A stretch of 64,000 bases of DNA from contig JACRGQ010000052.1 in the NCBI GenBank assembly GCA_016217735.1, positions 1,838 through 65,837 of the forward strand, written 5' to 3'. The number at the start of each line of letters is the position of its first letter. The stretch's first letter is position 1. Below the pieces are notes generated by a model, which worked only from the letters and a program-made list of their open reading frames with translations, searched no databases and was not told where the DNA came from. Source of the stretch: Nitrospinota bacterium. GTDB taxonomy: Bacteria > Nitrospinota_A > UBA7883 > JACRGQ01. Shown in pieces: positions 54,849-64,000 of the stretch. Made by a program: the position numbers and the translations under genes.

Positions 54849-56648
54849 ATGAAACAGACGACGGATTATATCGACTATAAAGAAGCGGGTACGATAGCCG
54901 GCCTTTTCGAACTGCGTATTAAAAAAAACCCCGGCAAGATGGCTTACCGCCAGTATGACGAACCGCGCGGCGTGTGGGTGGAAAAGACCTGGGGCGGCAT
55001 GAACCGCGACGCAAGTTGCTGGCAGGGCGCCCTGGAAAACGAAGGGTTGATGCCGGGCGACCGCATTGGGCTTATGGTGCGCAACTCGATGGAGTGGGTA
55101 CTCTGCGACATGGCGGCGCTTGCCTCGGGCCTTGTGGTGGTGCCCATTTTCATCAAGGACTCGCACGATAACATCGTCCACATAATAAACGACTCGCGGA
55201 TGAGGCTGCTGGTGGTGGAGGATTCCGATACCTGGGATTCGCTGCGCCCAATTCATGACCGCATCCCCACTGTTGGACGGGTGCTCATCATCCGCCGGTT
55301 CAAGGATACGTCGCGCGACCCGCGGGTGAAGTATTACGAAGACTGGCTTTGCACCGACGATTCTGGAATATATGTCCACGACGTTACGCCGGAATCCCCC
55401 GCCACTATCGTCTACACTTCCGGCACCACCGGCCTGCCAAAAGGTGTGGTGTTGACGCACCGCAACATTCTTTGGAATGCGCATGCCGGTCTTCGCGCCG
55501 CCACCGTTACGCCCGATGACCTTTTCCTTTCGTTCCTCCCGCTTACCCACATGTTTGAACGCACGGTTGGTTATTACCTGCCGGTCATGGCGGGATCCTC
55601 GGTGGTTTATGCCCGCAACGTCCGCAGTGTCGCTGAAGATCTTCTTACGCAGCGGCCAACGGTGATAGTCACGGTGCCGCTGGTATTCCAGCGTATTTAC
55701 GAGCGGGTGACGGACGAAGTGGCGAAGGCTTCTCCCGTGAAAAAGTGGATATTCAAAACGGCGGTCAACATCGGTTACGGCGCGTTCTTGCACGGGCAGG
55801 GGCGGGGGCCGTGGTCGCCGCTTTTCCTGCTCAATCCGTTGTTCAATGGTATCGTCGGCAAAAAAATTCTGGGGAAAATGGGAGGGCGGCTACGGTTGGC
55901 GGTCTCTGGCGGCGCGGCGCTGCCGGAATACATCTGGCGGCTTTTCGTGGCGATCGGCCTTCCGGTGATACAGGGGTACGGCTTGACGGAGACCAGCCCG
56001 GTGCTGAGCTGCAACCGCGAAGGAAACAACCGGGGGGATACGGTTGGCCCGCCGCTGGACGATGTGGAGATTCGGATCGTGGAAAACGGCGAAATCATCG
56101 CCAAAACCCCCGGCATGATGAAGGGGTACTGGAACAATGAAGGGGCGACCCGCCAAATTATCGATGCCGAAGGGTGGGTACACACCGGTGACGTGGGTGA
56201 GATCACCAACGGCCATCTGAAGATCACCGGCAGGCTCAAGCAGATCATCGTCATGTCGAACGGCGAAAAAGTGCCGCCCGACCGGGTGGAAGCCGAGATC
56301 AAGGCGATGGGCATTTTCGAGAACCTTATGATTTACGGCGAGCAGAAGCCGTTTTTGCTGCTGCTGGCCAAGCCGCTCCCGGACAAGCTGCGGCAGTTCG
56401 CCGCTGAAAATGGCTTTGCGTACGAAGGCGAGCACCCTCCGCATGGCGGGAAATTTGAAGAGGCGCTGATGGCGGCGGTAAACGCGCGCCTGACCGGTTT
56501 TCCCGGCTATGTACGGGTAAAACGGCTTATATTGGTGGACGAAAGCTGGTTGCCCGATAACGGCCTGCTCACCACCTCGCTGAAACTGAAGCGGCATGTG
56601 ATTGAGGAAAAATACCGCAAAGAGATGGAAGCGGCCTACACCAACTAA
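54849..56648 (+). CDS. Long-chain-fatty-acid-CoA ligase (AMP-dependent synthetase)
   Basis: AMP-binding motif YTSGTTGLPKGV and the GYGLTE region. Confidence 0.85.
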   Translation: MKQTTDYIDYKEAGTIAGLFELRIKKNPGKMAYRQYDEPRGVWVEKTWGGMNRDASCWQGALENEGLMPGDRIGLMVRNSMEWVLCDMAALASGLVVVPIFIKDSHDNIVHIINDSRMRLLVVEDSDTWDSLRPIHDRIPTVGRVLIIRRFKDTSRDPRVKYYEDWLCTDDSGIYVHDVTPESPATIVYTSGTTGLPKGVVLTHRNILWNAHAGLRAATVTPDDLFLSFLPLTHMFERTVGYYLPVMAGSSVVYARNVRSVAEDLLTQRPTVIVTVPLVFQRIYERVTDEVAKASPVKKWIFKTAVNIGYGAFLHGQGRGPWSPLFLLNPLFNGIVGKKILGKMGGRLRLAVSGGAALPEYIWRLFVAIGLPVIQGYGLTETSPVLSCNREGNNRGDTVGPPLDDVEIRIVENGEIIAKTPGMMKGYWNNEGATRQIIDAEGWVHTGDVGEITNGHLKITGRLKQIIVMSNGEKVPPDRVEAEIKAMGIFENLMIYGEQKPFLLLLAKPLPDKLRQFAAENGFAYEGEHPPHGGKFEEALMAAVNARLTGFPGYVRVKRLILVDESWLPDNGLLTTSLKLKRHVIEEKYRKEMEAAYTN

Positions 56649-56659
56649 GGGAATTACCC

Positions 56660-57577
56660 GTGATATTCGAAAATCCTTTCAAGGTTGGGCTCTGCCTGAG
56701 CGGCGGGGCGGCCCGCGGCATGACGCACCTGGGGGTGTTGCGCGAAATGGAAGGGGCCGGACTGCGGCCCGACATGGTTGCGGGAGCCAGCGTGGGAGCG
56801 CTCATTGGCGCGCTGTACGCGCTTTCCCTCGATATTGAAGAGGTGGAACGGATCGTGCTTGCCTTTTTAAAAGGCGAGGATTTTTCCGACCTGCGGGGGG
56901 ATATTCTGGTTCGCGAGCGCGCAGAGGACGAGCGCCGCGGCATTTTCCGCCGCATGCTCAGAACGTTCCGCAAGTCGCTCTTTTACAGCGTTTCGATGAC
57001 GCAACTGTCGTATCTTTCGGTGAACCGCCTTGAATCGCTGCTGGCGAAGATGGTGCCGGATGTTAATATCGAAGACAGCAAGATTCCCTTCGCCTGCGTG
57101 GCGACCGATATCGTGAACAGCCGCCCCTATTTTCTTACCAAGGGGCCGTTGCGCCGGGCTATCGCCGCCACCTGTTCCATACCCGGATTTTTTCCGCCGA
57201 TAGCTTGGGACGGTGTGCGCCTGGTTGACGGGAGTTGGAGCATGCAAAATCCGGTGCGCCTGCTGCGCGAGATGGGGGCCGATTTTGTGGTTGCCATAGA
57301 CATATCGCAGGATATGCTGGACGCGCCGGATCCGGGCAACGGGCTGGAAGTGGTGCTTCGTTCGAACATGGCGACGCGCATCACGCTTTCGGAAATGGAG
57401 CTGAAAGACGCCGATTATGTGATCCGCCCCGATATGCGCAAAATGGATTGGTGGGATTTCAAGAAATCGGCGGCCTTCATTCAGAAGGGACGCGAGAGCG
57501 CTGCGGCGGGCATCGCGGAACTTAAAAAAGGGATAGAACGCGCCCGCCTGAAAAAGTTCCTCACCCTGAAAGTTTGA
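56660..57577 (+). CDS. Patatin-like phospholipase
   Basis: GTG start. GLCLSGGAARG oxyanion motif, GASVG nucleophile and DGS/DGG dyad. Confidence 0.8.
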   Translation: MIFENPFKVGLCLSGGAARGMTHLGVLREMEGAGLRPDMVAGASVGALIGALYALSLDIEEVERIVLAFLKGEDFSDLRGDILVRERAEDERRGIFRRMLRTFRKSLFYSVSMTQLSYLSVNRLESLLAKMVPDVNIEDSKIPFACVATDIVNSRPYFLTKGPLRRAIAATCSIPGFFPPIAWDGVRLVDGSWSMQNPVRLLREMGADFVVAIDISQDMLDAPDPGNGLEVVLRSNMATRITLSEMELKDADYVIRPDMRKMDWWDFKKSAAFIQKGRESAAAGIAELKKGIERARLKKFLTLKV

Positions 57578-57615
57578 CAAAGACCGCGTCGAAACACGGT
57601 GCGCCGGTTTCCCGT

Positions 57616-57656
57616 AAAAAAAATCCCCGGGAGCATGCGCTGCCGGGGATTTTTTA
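57616..57656. terminator. Bidirectional rho-independent terminator (AAAAAAAA-ATCCCCGG-loop-CCGGGGAT-TTTTTTAT)
   Basis: 8-bp GC-rich stem and a 12-nt loop, flanked by A-run and T-run between the convergent patatin and P460-like genes. Confidence 0.75.
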
Positions 57657-57682
57657 TAAACCGTTTCGTTCGGTGAAACGCG

Positions 57683-58252
57683 TTATCCGTTTCTGTTTCC
57701 GCAGACAAAGCCTTTGCAGGTGCCTTTAAAACCGATGTGGCATTTGGCGCAGACTTCGGGATTCAGCGGATGGCCGGGTTCCTTCGAGGCGGCGGAGCTG
57801 CCGTCTTTCAGCGAAATCACGTCATAAACCGGCTTGCCCCCTTTGTGATCGGTCGAGAAAGCAACGCCGATTTCCCTGAACACCAGAACGCCGGTCTTGC
57901 CGTCCGGGTAGTTCGTGCCGCGCGCTTTGTACACCTTTATCGCGGCGGGATTGATAAAGGAGATGTATTTGCCGGGTTTCACGGCACAGTAGGTATCAAC
58001 GGTCGCCTGGAGGATATCATCCCCGCCAAGCGGCAGAACGTTGACGCCGCAGGGAGGAACAATGCCGTCCGCCGTTCCCCGTTCCCATTTGTCCCAGTAC
58101 ATCGGCGCAACCGGAGCCGCCGCCGGGGCCGCCGCCGGCTTTGCTGCGGGCGCGGCCGCCGCCTTCTTGCTCTCTGCAAAAGTGGTGCTGCTTGCGGCAA
58201 GCACCATTACCATCGCCGCGATTACTAAAAGAATTTTCTTCATGTTCTTCAT
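57683..58252 (-). CDS. Secreted monohaem c-type cytochrome, cytochrome P460/c'-beta-like (single C-terminal CAKCH)
   Basis: Signal peptide, Ala/Pro-rich linker and a single CxxCH close to the C-terminus. Family assignment is tentative. Confidence 0.5.
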   Translation of the reverse strand: MKNMKKILLVIAAMVMVLAASSTTFAESKKAAAAPAAKPAAAPAAAPVAPMYWDKWERGTADGIVPPCGVNVLPLGGDDILQATVDTYCAVKPGKYISFINPAAIKVYKARGTNYPDGKTGVLVFREIGVAFSTDHKGGKPVYDVISLKDGSSAASKEPGHPLNPEVCAKCHIGFKGTCKGFVCGNRNG

Positions 58253-58608
58253 CTTCCCCATAGTCAAATATTAAAAAGCGGATACTTCACCCTCTAACGC
58301 TGGAAAATTTATTCTCCTCTCTTCTTTTCTCCTCCTTTTGTGCATGGTTCCACATAACGTTCTAATCATTTTATGCTATGTCAATAGCCCGGAAAAAGCA
58401 ATAGTCGGTAATTGGAACAGGAAAAAGCGGTGGGTATGGACTTAAGCATAAGGCAGACGACATTATCGCTGCGGAGCAGGACAGAATATATTAAACATTT
58501 GAAGCCAATTTTAAGATAATAGCTGAACTGGCCACACTCAAGCATTTTCGGCTTCTTGCCTGAAGGGCCATCCCGTGCCTTTTTGGGGGTTAAGCCGTTG
58601 AAAAAAAA

Positions 58609-58685
58609 TGGTCGGGACGGCGGGATTTGAACCCACGACCCCACGCACCCCAAGCGTGTACTCTACCAGGCTGAGCCACGTCCCG
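58609..58685 (-). tRNA. tRNA-Pro (anticodon GGG)
   Basis: Manual cloverleaf on the minus strand: acceptor CGGGACG/CGTCCCG, D-stem GCTC/GAGT, anticodon stem CACGC/GCGTG with loop TTGGGGT, T-arm GTGGG-TTCAAAT-CCCGC, discriminator A, encoded CCA. Confidence 0.8.
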
Positions 58686-58807
58686 ACATTACCCGCATCC
58701 CTCGGTATTTACCCAAGAAAGCGATGATAGATTGATAATTGTAACAGGAATTGTTCCGCTGTCATTACTTTTTTAAATGAAAATCAGCGCGGCATCCGGC
58801 CAGCGGC

Positions 58808-61962
<3,155 letters not shown>

Positions 61963-61966
<4 letters not shown>

Positions 61967-63612
61967 GGCTGCATGGCGTACTTTTGCAGCGGTTTGGGAA
62001 CGTACCATTTCACCGGCCATTCGTAGCCGATGCCCATGGTTGATTCGTGGAGTTCGATCCCTTTGATGCGGGCCGAAACGGCCGGCAGCGCCTCCTCGTA
62101 GTAGAGGAACAGGTAGGGCTGTTCTTCCGCCAATATATCCTGGAAGTGGTCGTAGATATTCTTGCGCTCGCTTTGGTCGAATGTGCGGCGGCCCTGTTCA
62201 AGCAGGATGTCCACCTCTTCGTTCTTAAAGGAGATGAAGTTCAGTTCCTGCTCTTTCGTCTTGGATGAGTGCCATATCTCGTACTGGTCCGGCTCCGGCC
62301 CCGTGGTCCAGCCAAGCAGGCAGACGTCGAAGTTCCGCTTGTTGATGAACTCCTTGAGGAAGCTCGACCACTCGATCACCCGGAATTTCACGCCGATGCC
62401 GACGGCTTTCAGCCGTTGCTGGATGATCTCCGCCGCCTTTTTGCGCTTGTCGTTTCCCTGATTGGTGATGATCTCGAACTCAAACCGCTTGCCATCCTTC
62501 ATCAGGATGCCATCCGTGTCCTTTTGCGTCCAGCCCGCTTCGGCTAGAAGCTGTTGCGCCTTGGCGGAATCGAAGGGATAGGTCTGCACTTTCGGGTTAT
62601 ACATCCAGGTGCCCGGTTTGTAAGGGACGGCGGCCGGCTTGCCAAGCCCCATCAGCGCCCCCTGTATGATCTCGTTTTTGTCCACGGCGTAGGCGATGGC
62701 CTTGCGCACCCGCTTGTCCTTGAAGAGCGGGCGCTGGAAATTGTAGCCCATGTAGGTGTAGGCGTTAGCCACGTACTTGAACTTCTGGAAATTTTTCTCG
62801 AACTCCGCGTTATTGGTCTGGCGGGCGTACTGGACGGGGTTCAACGCCATCATGTCGATGGAACCGGCCTTGAGTTCGAGGAACTGCGTGGCGCTGTCCG
62901 GCACGATCCGGTAGGCGTAGCGGGTGAGGTATGGCTCCCCTTTAAAGTACTCCTTATTCGCCTCGAGGATGATCCGCTCTTGGGCGGCCCACTCCACGAA
63001 CTTGTACGGGCCGGTGCCGACCGGCTTGCGTGAGAGCGGCGAATTGTTGATGTCTTTCCCTTCGAGAAGGTGTTTGGGAAGCACCGGGAGCGAACCCCAC
63101 GATTCGAGGGCGGGGGCATACGGCTTTTCGTAATGGACGATGAAGGTGTGGTCGTCCGGCGCTTCGGCGCTTTTCACCTGCATATACGGTTCGGCATACG
63201 CGGTGCGGGTGCCCGGCTGGATGATGGTCTTGTAACCGAACATCACGTCGGCGCTGGTGAAGGGGGCGCCGTCGTGCCACTTAACCCCTTTGCGCAGGTG
63301 GAAGACGATGGTTTTGCCGCTGTCCTTTATTTCCCAGCTCTCCGCCAAGTCCCCCTCGATTTCCCATTTGGGATTGTACTGCACCAGTCCGTTATAGATG
63401 AGGCCGGAGATGGACATGGAAGCGGCGTCCGCCGAAAGCATAGGGATGAGGTTGCTGGCATCGCCGATGGAGGCTTCCACCAGCATATCGCCCCGGACGG
63501 GGGTTTCTTTCGGTGCTTTGGAAGCGGCCGTCGGAACCGGCCCGCTATTAACCTTTGGAGAGTCGCATGCCGTCATGAACAGCAAAACGGCGGTGCAGAG
63601 CGCTCTCCTCAT
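61963..63612 (-). CDS. ABC transporter substrate-binding lipoprotein, family 5 (Opp/Dpp peptide/nickel type)
   Basis: 549 aa with lipobox LLFMTAC and family 5 SBP length and motifs. Confidence 0.8.
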
Positions 63613-63621
63613 GGTATTGGG

Positions 63622-64000
63622 CTATTTTCCCTTGGTTTCTCCGGCGGTGGACGGCTGGGGTGCGGCGGCTTCTTTGGTCTGCATCTCTTTCACGGCCTGA
63701 AAAGGATCGATATTGCCGCTGGTGGCGGGAGCGGGTGCGGCGGGGGCCGCCGGATTTGCCTTGTCCACCTTGGGATCTGCCGGTATCCCGTCCACGACGG
63801 TGCGGTGACCGGCGCCGGCTGAAAGCACCGAAAGGGTGAGCGAGGTAACCATGAAGAGGATCGCCGAGACGGTGGTGAACTTCCCCAGGAAGCTTTGCGG
63901 GCCGCGCGCGCCGAAGACGCTTTGCGAACTGCCGCCGAAACCGGCGCCAAGGCCGGCCCCTTTGCCGGACTGGAGCAACACCACGAGGATAAGAACCAGC
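63622..64000 (-). CDS. secG: Preprotein translocase subunit SecG (N-terminus runs off the window edge)
   Basis: Conserved [24 protein letters not shown] motif. The true start is beyond 64000. Confidence 0.75.
   Translation of the reverse strand, partial: LVLILVVLLQSGKGAGLGAGFGGSSQSVFGARGPQSFLGKFTTVSAILFMVTSLTLSVLSAGAGHRTVVDGIPADPKVDKANPAAPAAPAPATSGNIDPFQAVKEMQTKEAAAPQPSTAGETKGK

Noticed and set aside
54321-55793. 490-aa minus ORF across fadB and fadD
   Set aside because: Antisense artefact.
58381-58653. 90-aa minus ORF overlapping tRNA-Pro
   Set aside because: It overlaps a clean tRNA cloverleaf and has no RBS. Spurious.

Overview
High-GC (about 62-65%) bacterial chromosomal window, mostly housekeeping and envelope genes in a layout reminiscent of Deltaproteobacteria-like lineages. 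Reading left to right it holds dnaX(3' end)-ybaB-recR, a two-gene fused 2-oxoacid:ferredoxin oxidoreductase (gamma-delta + alpha-beta) followed by a membrane-anchored 9-heme cytochrome c, ubiX, flgM with a textbook sigma-28 promoter, trpF, tilS, an HD-GYP response regulator, an NtrC-family regulator, and a Ugd/UXS-like/GT1 sugar-nucleotide cluster. Then comes a large signal-transduction island: two tandem paralogous low-GC hybrid sensor kinases with degenerate receivers, a third PAS hybrid kinase, a receiver fused to an anti-sigma-factor-type GHKL Ser-kinase domain, a sigma70-driven operon (membrane protein, ferritin-like protein, rubredoxin, REC-TPR regulator). Downstream are accA, a glutaredoxin-like protein, an M23 peptidase, a 1078-aa Wza/SLBB polysaccharide exporter, TetR, a ZraP/CpxP-like Met-rich periplasmic protein, a DUF362 ferredoxin, secF-secD-yajC, a glycosylation cluster (GT-C, GT2, ATP-grasp, Gfo/Idh/MocA, cytidylyltransferase), a fadE-thiolase-fadB-fadD-patatin operon, a P460-like cytochrome, tRNA-Pro(GGG), kdsA-pyrG-kdsB, an OppA-type binding protein and secG(partial). 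No CRISPR array, IS element or obvious defence module is visible. The most unusual part is the multi-kinase redox-signalling locus at 22.4-32.0 kb, which shows clear footprints of segmental duplication: vestigial copies of the downstream gene's 5' end after each tandem kinase. Many long antisense ORFs in the supplied track are GC-driven artefacts and were rejected.
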